64,000 nucleotides of DNA from assembly GCA_050273025.1 (NCBI GenBank), contig CP158635.1, positions 19,592,001 to 19,656,000 of the forward strand, read 5' to 3'. The DNA comes from Cenococcum geophilum. Taxonomy: Eukaryota. Under the pieces are notes generated by a model. It had not been told where the DNA came from and searched no databases. It was given only the letters and a program-made list of their open reading frames with translations. Made by a program: the position numbers and the translations under genes. Below are positions 26,727 through 36,546 of this stretch, piece by piece. Numbering within the stretch: the stretch's first letter is position 1; every line of letters begins with the position of its first letter.

Positions 26727-27387
26727 TTATAGGGCAAACTAATAGCGAGCTTCCTTTATAGCTTTTATAAGATAAGGCTTCTTTATAGGCTTTGTTTTTT
26801 GGTATCTATAACGTCGCAGAACTTACTAAATAGTTTAGGTAGAGTAGCCGCATTTGGCAGCAATATAAGCGCAGAACTTCTTTTACCTATATTAATTAGA
26901 GGTGACTTTCTTAAGGATTTGTTGTTTAAACTTATAAGTAACTTTAGACTTTCTACTAGGATATAGGCCGTTAATAATATAGCTATTAATAATAAGAGGA
27001 TTTATAGTAGGATTCCAGCTATAATTAATAGCTTTTATAAACAAATACTAAAGGGTGTGTTGTTTAATTAAGGTAACGCTCTAGATATACTTAAGGGTAG
27101 CTTCTATAGCTTTTATGGCTAGGGCCTAAGCCCTAGTCGCGAGCTGATGGAAAACCATAGTTGGTATAGCAAGATTTAAGCTTAGAGAGTCCTTACTAGC
27201 AATTTTAGAGCGGTAAAGAGGCTGCAGAAGTATTTTGCCGTCAGCGGTCAGTAGGCGGTGAGCTAAACTTCCTAATTAGGAAGGTGCAAAATCTTTAGTT
27301 ACTGACCTCCGTATAAGAATAAAAAAGGGTTAGAAAATAGATTATTAAGGCGATGGTAAGGTTAAAGGCGCGCTAAGGCCCTCTATA

Positions 27388-27815
27388 TAAGGGGGTAACT
27401 TAAGTAGGCTGCCGCCCTCCCTACTAGCGCTGGCGTGGGTTTAGGCCAAATAAAATATAGTTCCTTGTATTATAAATGCATATAGAAGCCACTAGAATAG
27501 AAAGATAATATAAAACAATAGGGGGGGAGTAAGAGAGCCTTGTATCTTATATCCTAAAATACTAAATCTTATTCGCCGGTGAATTCCCTTAATTTAAACC
27601 TAATTAAGAATATCTGGAGGCTGTTAAAGGGGAGAAGATAATAGAGGTTTCCTATAACGAAGGAGGAAGTTAGGGGGTACGTAAAGGTGGAATAACGAAA
27701 ATAACGAAGTATTAATACTAAATAAGCAATTGTTTTAATGTGGCGATATGGCAATATAAGCACTAGCAGAAAGTACTAGCAGGGAGGGCGGCAGCCCGCT
27801 TAGGTTACCTCCTTA
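27388..27815 (+). mobile_element. Internally deleted Tc1/mariner derivative (MITE-like, 428 bp), RIPed
   Basis: About 40-bp TIRs (TAAGGGGGTAACTTAAGTAGGCTGCCGCCCTCCCT... and its reverse complement) with flanking TA. It retains the transposase remnant PVNSLNLNLIKNIWRLLK (PANSPDLNPIENIWRLLK) at ~27575-27630. Confidence 0.85.
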
Positions 27816-28200
27816 TACTAACCTAGTACTAACCTAGGCCTTAAAAACGCGTTTAAAAAGTAGGGGCTACTACCCTAGGGAGGGTGGTATAATATATAGA
27901 CGATACCTCAATATAGGACTACACTATAGTAACTAAGACGCCTATTACGTAGGAATAGAACGCGTTTAGGTGTTTAAAATTCAGAGCAACATTACGCGAC
28001 TGCCCAGAAGTACCGATCAAACTCAAATTATGTACCTTTTCGCCCAAAATCGCGTGCGAGGGTACTCGGGGGTGGTCGCTGCGCGACCTCGTGCGGGGTT
28101 CGGGCGCGTTATCAGCAGGGGTGGCCCTAACCTCGTATTAACCCGGGTCGTAACCGCGCCAAATCAGCCCCCCCGATATGTGATAGTTATGGGGGCTCTA

Positions 28201-28576
28201 CAAGGGGGCAACATCAATGCCTCAGACGCCCCCCCTGTCAAAAACCGTGCGCAATAGGTGGTATATGCACCCGATATAGCTCCGTACGATTTCTATATAC
28301 AATTCACCACTTTATATGGCCTCCTTTCGCAAGAATTACAGCCTCACAGCGCTCATGCATCTAATCTATGTGCTTTTTAAAGTCGTCTACCTGTAGCCTT
28401 TCCCATTCTGCCCAAGTACCCCCCTACCAACATATTTTTAACTTCTCGAAGGCTCTACGAAGTATAGGTTTGTAAATATTCGAGTAGATTCGGTGGCAAA
28501 TTTTAGTGACAAATCCGCTGTAATACGCACAGATTTTGACGGGGGGGGCGTCTGAGCCATTTATGTTACCCCCTTG
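28201..28576. mobile_element. Tc1/mariner-type MITE (376 bp)
   Basis: About 55-bp TIRs (CAAGGGGGCAACATCAATGCCTCAGACGCCCCCCCTGTCAAAA... and ...TTTTGACGGGGGGGGCGTCTGAGCCATTTATGTTACCCCCTTG) with TA on both sides. No coding capacity is evident. Confidence 0.9.
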
Positions 28577-28595
28577 TATCGCCTAAGCGACAAGA

Positions 28596-28654
28596 TTTTA
28601 GGCGGTCTAAGAACCGCCTAAAACCCCAGCAAGCTTATGGGGGAAAGCCGCTAG
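28596..28654 (+). mobile_element. Helitron-like 3' terminus (hairpins + CTAG)
   Basis: Perfect 11-bp stem TTTTAGGCGGT/ACCGCCTAAAA (28596-28623), a second small stem CCCCA...TGGGG (28624-28642), then CTAG at 28651-28654 followed by T. The 5' end was not located. Confidence 0.45.
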
Positions 28655-28656
28655 TC

Positions 28657-29402
28657 CTAAAAAGGAAAGGGGAATCCAGTGCGAGACTGATCCCGGCTAC
28701 TCCAATCTTCTGAAGGTCCTTCAAGATTAGATTGCCCTCTTCCAACTTCATGATTACATTCAGCCTTCACCGAAAGCTCGAGTGAGTTTGATAACTTCAC
28801 TTTCCGAGACTCCACCACGTGCAGCGCGACCCAGACAAAGACAGTATTTGTCCCCGCCGCAAGATAGGCCTTCCCGCGTTCGATGGCTTCTGAGAGCTCA
28901 CCCCCGTGAACAAGGATGTCCGTATGAGCATTGATCATAAAGTCAGGCACTCCAATTGCTTTTGCTGTGGCCAAAGCCCTCCTAATTCGTTCCGCAGCAA
29001 CTTCGGCTGGATATATCTTTTGGCTTTCTTTGTCACGGTCTTCAAGATTGATTCCCACTACACCCTGGTCAACAATTGCTTTGATATCATCTTCAAGACG
29101 ATCACCACAGCCATCCTGGCAATCGGCGCTGAGTGGTTTTGGAATTCCTTTGCAACCGAAGCGAGAGCACGGATAGCAGCAAAGTTGGTTTCAAGAGCCA
29201 TATCATCGTCTTTAAATCTTGCTGCGGTTGCAACTGCATAACTAGCGGTGACAATGGCTTTGACGGAGGGTAAGCCTAGTACGGCAGGTGCCGTAGCGGC
29301 ATCATGAACGTTGGTGGAAGCGATAGGTCGACCTGGTATGTGCAGAGCACGAAATGCTTTTGGGAAAACATTCTGTCGACCTAAATCGGACCCGCCCACC
29401 AT
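28657..29402 (-). pseudogene. PEP mutase/isocitrate lyase superfamily protein, frameshifted
   Basis: Motifs FRALHIPGRP, NVHDAATA, TASYAVA, SADCQDG, GINLED, INAHTD and AIERGKAYLAAG are spread over different frames, with frameshifts near ~29135 and ~28830. Confidence 0.85.
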
Positions 29403-29404
29403 TT

Positions 29405-29465
29405 TTCAGCTGCTTACTCTAGTATATCTTACCACTCAGCTACTTACCCTTGTATGTCTTACCAC
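29405..29465. repeat. Imperfect 30-bp tandem duplication
   Basis: tcagctgcttactctagtatatcttaccac / tcagctacttacccttgtatgtcttaccac. Confidence 0.8.
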
Positions 29466-30395
29466 CTGCACTATGTATATAGTCCCTTTTTCTTCATAGA
29501 TCAATCTACACACGAGTCCGTTCAACACATTCTGAGTAGACATCTTTATAGAAAGGAGATATTGGAGCTGGCTAGCTTTGAAGCGATAGACCAAGGTAAA
29601 TATTATCAAACCTTTTACACGTGGGGAGCTTTGCGGGGAACATCTTATAAATTGTTCATGAGTGACGGAAGTTATTCTTCACCTCCTGATGCTGGCTAAA
29701 ATCATGCGTATGTTACCCCGTTGGAGCTCTCTAAAGTTGGGAAACTGATTAGGCAACTTTGATTCCAACGGGATTCCCGAAGAAAAATCTCTTGCCTACT
29801 TTCACATTTAGAAATGTAAATGATTAGGCAGGAGGCGGGCAGTGTGAGATGTGGCAAATTTATACAACGCTAACCGAATCTGGGCATGAGATTCCTCATA
29901 CTATATATCCTGAAATGGCCGCTTACATCAACACCTTGGACAAAACATCCCCAGCCCTATTTGCAATCTTGCAGAGCTCCCCCAAAGAATGCACAAATTA
30001 ATTCCACACGCACTAGAGTGACTCAACAGGTTCTTCCCCATGACGCCATCCAATCTTGTTGGTTTCCATGGACCATTGTTGCGAACAAGACTGAAACATT
30101 AGCTTATCAATAATATATTTGCAGAGGCTCTGCCGGCTTATCCGCGGCCAGGATTCCTAGTGAGATATCCTTCCTTACGTAATGTAAGTGAATGGTTGAT
30201 GTAGTAAGATGAGGAAGTTGTTCAGCAGTGATAGAATCATGTGCAGAGCAGAGGGGAAGATCTGAATGAGAATATAAAGCTTCAATTGGACTGCGAATCG
30301 TCTAAGATTAGCAAATTTTCTCTTGTTTTTCTTTCAATATAGATATCAAGTTCCACAAGCGTATTTCTTCAGTTTCTAGTAAATTTTCACTCAAA

Positions 30396-31128
30396 ATGTC
30401 CCAACCATGTATTGAAATTGCCCTCATCCCTATTGGAGGACGGACTATCGAAGATGAATTTACTGCGGATGGCCAGGCATGGACAGCAATTCACAAAAAT
30501 TTGATCGAAGTGCCTGGCTATCGGGGGGCTGCATGGGGCCGGCAAATCGACGCACTGGATACTCTCGTATTCCTAGTCTGTATGTCTTTTCTATTATTCT
30601 GATACTCGTATTGCGTCTAGAACTCATGCGTTATAGTCTGGGATACCTATCACAGTCATGTTGATTTTATGGAACGAATTAACTCACCTTTTAGCCCTGC
30701 ACTTCTAAATATGGCTACCGGCCCGTGCGATATGTACCATATCCATCCTAGCACGTCATCTCTAGCGTTTGTTAACGCTCCGATAACGACCCTGAAATTC
30801 TTTTACCAGCCAGAAGCTACAGAGTTTGCAAAAGCATATCCTGACTTCTTTCAGGCCATTGAGCGAAAAGCAGGATGTACAGGTTTGGCATTCGGTGGCA
30901 AAGCGGCCGCCATTGCACGATTCAACTGGATTCCTCACCAATGGACCGGGAGTTGTTGCAATGATTGGATGGAATAGCTCTATGTACCACGCTGCTGTGT
31001 TACTGGGCAAGGATGTGGCTGCGGCTGAGACAAAAATTGCAAATTCAGCCCGAAAGACGGTCACTTTCGAAGTCAACTTTACAGTCGTCGAAAAGACCGG
31101 ATATGAGCACAGTTGGCGTAAGCTCTAG
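30396..31128 (+). pseudogene. Fungal dimeric alpha/beta-barrel (ABM-like) protein, apparently frameshifted
   Basis: Exon 1 is 30396-30579 (PGYRGAAWGRQ). Intron 30580-30636 leads to exon 2, FWDTYHSHVDF...GCTGLAFG. The second-half motif MIGWNSSMYH lies in another frame (shift ~30895-30945) with no convincing intron. Confidence 0.55.
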
Positions 31129-31199
31129 GCGGAATTGTAAATTAATACTGGTATTTCCACTATCTTATTTTCTTCGATACTCTAATCTTCCATGGACGA

Positions 31200-32096
31200 T
31201 TTGCATTCATTAATTTAGCAAATATGAGCATTTACGTGTAGCTTGTATGTTTGCTAGCGTTGTTGGATCCGAGGCATTCTGCAATACCATTCCCACCTCA
31301 CTTTCTGCCTACCATGCTTACTGCCTCTCTGGTAAACACGCTGATTTCTGGAAGCATAAAATCGTATCAATTCGCGTCATCTTGAGAGTCCTGAAACACC
31401 AGTTGACAGGCCCCCATAGGATCATAGGAAGCGTTGCCTGTAGTGACAGCTGAATAGCATTGCTGAAGCATTCGGGCTGATGATTATTGCTGCCTATGCA
31501 TCCCAGTTATAGACAGCTTGACAGGACTTGCAGCGGATCATTATTAAAGTGTGATGGGGTAAGGGATTTATGTCCTAGGTGTGGCTGACTAGAGTTGACA
31601 AACTGTTCACCTAATTGAACAATAGCAGGCCCTACAATTGGTGGATGGCCAGTATCGTACAGAGGTATGCCACCAAAATATATAATGTATAGATGACCAA
31701 TGAGGATATATTCTTGTCAACGTGGAAAAATGCACCCCAATCTGCGACATCGTCAGTGCATTGACCTAATCTAACCAACTATGAATTATCAACTTACATA
31801 TAGGTAGCACAGCTAGGATGAAAGCCGTGAGCACTGCAGCTGAAGTGCTTCAGTCGGCTCTAATTGAGGCCTGCTACTGATGCAAACGTACTTGTAGCGG
31901 TCCGCTTCATGAATGTTCTTTTGCGAACATGGCCAAAGCAAGGGCCCCAAAAGCCCGCCGGTTGGGGAGGCCCTTCGTCCTTGCTTCCCTTTTCAGCATT
32001 ATTTATCTGATGACCATCTGAATTGCCTTCTTCCTTCGAGCTATTATCTTCTTGGTCGGAGCCATGCCGGCGCTGTTTCCCGGCAAGTGCTGACAT
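31200..32096 (-). pseudogene. SNG1-like (nitrosoguanidine-resistance/DUF3533 family) membrane protein relic
   Basis: Fragments PAGFWGPCFGHVRKRTF, WGAFFHVDKNISSLVIY, PPIVGPAIV, FNNDPLQV, AVYNWDA*AAIIISPNASAML and DDAN*YDFMLP occur with stops and frameshifts. The C-terminal half is not found. Confidence 0.7.
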
Positions 32097-32760
32097 GACA
32101 GACAAGTTAGGTATTAGTTGTAAACTTAAAAGGAAGGTGGTGTAAAGAGTCACGGGAAAATCAAGAGTCAAAGAGATGAAGTTTAAGCATACTTACGAAA
32201 TGACGTCGATCACCGCAATCACCAAAAAAGAGAAAGAAATTGTCATTGCGGAACTGACTACGTTGCAACATGATGATCTCAGTGGATGCTATAGTACGCA
32301 GTGCTATTACCTACTAATTGCCGATGGGTCCGCCATGGAGTCTAGATGATTAGCGGCTTAAGCACCTCGAGTGGAGTGGTGATGTCAAAGTCGACCCAAG
32401 TTAGATGGCTCGGGTGCTCCCGTCTTGTTCCTCACCGAAGACGTATTTTGCAGGAATACAAACTTTCCGAGCGTGATAGCATAGAACAGTTCAAACTTGC
32501 AACATTCATAGCTTAAGAGTCTAGGGCGAACAGAATTGTGTTATTCCGCAAGTACTAGCTACATTCTCATTTGTCCATCAACCGTTAGCCATCATTAACA
32601 TCCTACATTCCTGTCAGCGCAACAAAGGAGAGGCATAGACTGAAGAGCTAGACTAACACCAAGTTGGCCAATTTCGTTGAGCCAAGGGGTATATGTGAAA
32701 CACCAAAACACCAGCGAACGCATCCCATAATTCATGTTGGATCATCACTAAGAACCATGT

Positions 32761-34042
32761 TCAAGCGTCTGGGTCGCTTTCTGCGACGCTTGAGAATTCT
32801 GATAGTGCACCTTTCAGTTCCATCATCTTGTTCCGGCAGTGGATGACCAAAATGGCGACCGCTAGGCTGTTCCAGACATCATAGTCGCCTTGGCCATAGT
32901 CAAAGATAGCGACGGTTCGTAGAAAGGGTGTTTCGGCCTTGACGTCATAACTTACGAACCCCATGACTGTATGGCTGACAATTACACCATATAGTGTTGG
33001 AAGCTCGTGAGAGAACTCTTCGCTCGGAGGATCTTCCGACTGGGAACCATTCTCATCTCCTTCCTCATCGCGTTCTACGCTCGGACGTATGCGGAAAGCG
33101 TCGCGAAACCGAGATGCGATATTGCCAAGTTTGCGTAGCATGTTTTCCTGCAGCACCGATGTAGGCGTATCTTTGTGTGCTGCTTCTATGGCGAGCATTG
33201 AGATATTCGAGGGCGCATCCACTTTGCCGTCGGTTGTCGCCCACCGATTGTAGGCAGAGATTCCCCGACGAATGAGCTCTTCAGGAGTGCGTTGTGAAGA
33301 TTTGGTAATGATCGAGTCGCGAACACGTGCTCCAAGTTCTAGGAGCGTTCTCAAAGCTTTGGTTGCTATAGGATAAAAGTTAGCATTTATCTACAATAAA
33401 ATTCGCTTATCTGATTGTAGAAGAATCTAAATGTGCGCTCGACATACCTCGGAAATTGTTGCCATATGCGGGCTTAATGAACGCCTTTTCGAGATTGCTG
33501 GTGAATAGGGTTGATGGCATCATCACAAAGTCCATTGCCCAAGTTTCTGGCATTAGAGGCTCAAAGCCTCGCATGCCTAGTTTCTGGAACAGATATATCG
33601 CGTCCTTACTCCATCCCGCCGCTTGTAACTCCCTCCCTTGTTTGTCTCGTCTTCTGCGTTCTGTTTCCGGATCGTAATCCTTGGCTTCGTATTTGTCTTC
33701 ATCCACGACGATTGTCTCCTCATTGGCATCGAAAGCCTCATCATCAGATATACCGTCGATCAGCTCGTCGATCAATGTATCACCTTCAAAGTCGGTATAC
33801 GGTCTTTCCAATGAGGTTGGTGTAAGTGGTTGGTTTCTCTCCCCAGTCCCAGTGCCCGCGCTGGGAGTTGTCAGGTGCCAGCTGTTGACTCGTGCTGCAG
33901 GGCTCATAGAACGGGGGTTTAGCTTTGGAATAGGTTTGCGCGGTGTTGGCAGAGCTTTGAATGGCTTGTCGCGACGTTGCTGGGTTTTGCGAGGTGAGAC
34001 ATAGCCCCAGAACCGGTCGGAAATGTCACGAAGGAAAGCCAT
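32761..34042 (-). CDS. Conserved-looking fungal hypothetical protein (2 exons)
   Basis: ATG at 34042 (MAFLRDISDRFWGYVSPRK). GT-AG intron 33366-33447 joins the two ORFs in frame (…NFRA-TKALRTLL…). Stop at 32761. Motifs LGMRGFEPL and YDVWNSLAVAI. Confidence 0.8.
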
Positions 34043-34477
34043 TGCTGTGTGATTGTTGTAATATTGCGGATATGGCGTGTTGGGGTCTGGTTCGATTTGG
34101 AGGTTTCCGTGAAATATAGGGATTTTCGAGAATGTAATTTGAGCTCGGAGACGGGGATGCAAGTGGAAAACGCGACGGATGCGAATAGGTTAAGGTGTTG
34201 AGGCTGACGAGTGCATATTCAGAGAGCTTGAAAACGGAGAAAACGTAGGCCAGGATTCCTGCTGTTGACAATGGCGTTGTCTCACATACTGATTATTGCG
34301 GTCTCTTTGACGGTTGCGGTGACTCGTCGGAGGTGGTTGGGGGAAGGCTGGGAGAATACGTGGACACGTGCACAGCTGGCCACGCTAGTATGTAATGGGA
34401 AGAAATTATAATTTACCCCGCCACCAAAAAATCCGAGCAGCAACTTTGCCCGCCAAAATCCATATAGCTGCGCGAAA

Positions 34478-35570
34478 ATGGCTCCATCTGCGACTACGCC
34501 GGAAGAAAATACTATGCTAGCTGCGGATCCGCAAGTTATATCCCTCCGTGAAGTTCTCACATCCGAAACTGAACCCCTTGCACGCCGTTTCCGCGCCCTC
34601 TTCTCCCTCAAACACCTTGCGTCCCTTTCCCCTCCAACATTTCAAACTCTCCTCGCCATCGATGCTATCGCCGCGGCCTTCAACTCCCCATCCGCATTGT
34701 TAAAGCATGAACTTGCATACTGCCTAGGCCAGTCTCGGAATGCTGCCTCGGTGCCGTATTTGCGGCGTGTATTAGAGGACAAAGCGGAAGATGCGATGTG
34801 CAGGCATGAAGCCGCAGAGGCGTTAGGAGCTCTCGGAGATCAGGGGAGTCTAGAGTTATTAAGAGAGCTAAGAGATGATGGAAGAGAAGTGGATGTTGTA
34901 AGAGAGACTTGTGAGATCGCAGTGGAGAGGATCGAGTGGGAGCACGGAGTGAAGAGGGCGGATGAGAAATTGAAGAAGAGGTATGAACTCATCAGGATTA
35001 ATTTCAATTTCGAAACGACAGATCCGATGAAGCGAAGAGAAACTCATATAACATAGTGATTTTGCATCTATAGACCCTGCACCCCCTCTACCGCAAGCTT
35101 CGCAAACACCCTCAATAACTGAGTTGCAAAAGACATTATTGGACACGTCCTTGCCTCTTTTTCAGCGATATAGGGCCATGTTCGCCCTCCGTGACCTCTC
35201 GTCCCCTCCAGACCTTCCCACCGCCATTCCAGCAGTTCAAGCTCTGGCACGAGGGCTTAGCGATCCGTCTACTCTGTTCCGCCACGAAATTGCATTCGTT
35301 TTTGGCCAGTTATCTCATCCGGCATCAATACTAAGTTTGGTAGAGACGCTAAGCAACACAAAGGAAGCAAGTATGGTACGACACGAGGCCGCGGAGGCTC
35401 TCGGAAGCCTCGGAGACGAGGACGGTGTTGAGGATATATTAAAGAAGTTCTTGGATGATCCGGAACAGGTTGTTAGGGATAGTGTGATTGTGGCTCTGGA
35501 TATGGCCGAGTTTGAAAAGAATGGGGAGGTTGAATATGCGATTGTGCCAGAGGTAGGGAAACCAATCTAG
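34478..35570 (+). CDS. LIA1: Deoxyhypusine hydroxylase (DOHH)
   Basis: HEAT-like repeats with four HE motifs ([43 protein letters not shown]). Intron 34981-35056 is followed by the [10 protein letters not shown] linker. Confidence 0.96.
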
Positions 35571-35706
35571 GCATAAATTGGGAATTATTCCATAAAATTC
35601 CTGTTGAAGTATGCATGGCAGGCGTTCAGGCGGGGCATTATAATGGCATATGCATCGGTGGTGGCTTCATTTAATGTAAACGGGTATCAAAAAGCTTTTC
35701 ATACGC

Positions 35707-36206
35707 TCAGTTGTTGGTATTCCACCTGTTTATATATTAGTTATAGAAGTACTCAAATACAACACTAAAACATACTTATGGCCACACTCGCAGGTGTAGA
35801 AGACGGTGGTGCCTTCATCAGCACTACGTAATTGCTGAGTGTAAAAGCGAACCTTTTCCCTTCCGCACTTCTCGCAAGTCTGATTGATTGTGGCATCCGT
35901 CTGCATGTCCGCCTCGGTGAGCGTTTGCACTTCAGATTTCTTTGCGCGCAAGGATGATGGGAATGCGGTTGGCTTTGAACGCGTGACTACAACTTTGGAA
36001 GAAGCGTCTAATTGGTTATCAGCAGCTGAACACATGCAGGTGAAGCAAGATGCGAGAAGAGGCAACAAAATGAAGTGAAAAATGTCGAGACCTTTACATG
36101 AGGCGCCACAGACATCACAGATCAGTATGGCTTTCCCATTACCGGAGCTGCCATCGAGGAGATTCCCACAGTCAGTGCAGAATACCAGCGAGCCAATTGC
36201 GGACAT
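35707..36206 (-). CDS. RPA12: RNA polymerase I subunit A12
   Basis: N-terminal FCTDCGNLL...CDVC ribbon and C-terminal TFIIS-like CEKCG...QLRSADEGTTVFYTCECG. Introns at 36008-36091 and 35726-35775, with the final exon encoding (K)WNTNN*. Confidence 0.95.
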
Positions 36207-36546
36207 GGCTTCTGGAGATTTATTGAATAATCGGCGGAAAGTGAACGTTAGCGGAGATTGACAGCATTTCCGCTAGTGGGGCGGAAGAAAGGGGCAGAAT
36301 ACTTGACGTTCGGTTCACCGTGCCTTCCTAGAACAGGAGCCAAACGCATCCCTGCATTGTCTATCAGAATGTCTGGAAAATTATACGAACCTCTGTAAAC
36401 TCTGTCGCGGCCGTCATGAAAGTGGGATCATCATATGAGGGTACCATTATCTGTCCGAGTAGCGCCCTCTTCTCCATCCCCCTCTGTCTCCAACTGGCCT
36501 TGGGGACCCTCCATCAACGCCGGTGACCCCCACCGCAAAGTCCACC

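Larger units (their letters stand above)
4859..27311 (-). mobile_element. Tc1/mariner DNA transposon (~2.4 kb of its own sequence) split by two gypsy insertions
   Basis: About 60-bp TIRs (4859-4919 and 27251-27311) flanked by TA. The transposase starts at ~27158 (MVFHQLATRA). Its pieces rejoin across the insertions: KP.L.KA.KEARY.FAL|..K.W..KD.KNVI.SNKT (WSDET), EDKAP.Y (QEDKAPAH), LGNLPNLNIIKL (PGNSPDLNMIEP)|YLKQVTTKKG and GGNEY. Confidence 0.9.

Noticed and set aside
1..27900. Short ORFs in the supplied track within the TE island (e.g. 234-425, 5773-5979, 12604-12867, 15816-16004)
   Set aside because: These are chance or antisense frames, or fragments of RIP-destroyed gag/pol/transposase sequence, and are not independent genes.
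27970..28257. 95-aa ORF at the island edge
   Set aside because: It has a non-ATG start, runs into the MITE TIR and has no recognisable motif.
28657..32096. Secondary-metabolite or phosphonate cluster
   Set aside because: There is no backbone synthase, all three genes are broken, and the PEP-mutase-family protein lacks the EDK-x5-NS motif of true PEP mutases.
32416..32428. 13-bp match GCTCCCGTCTTGT to the reverse complement of ~47807-47819
   Set aside because: Too short and isolated to distinguish from chance, and there is no extended homology.
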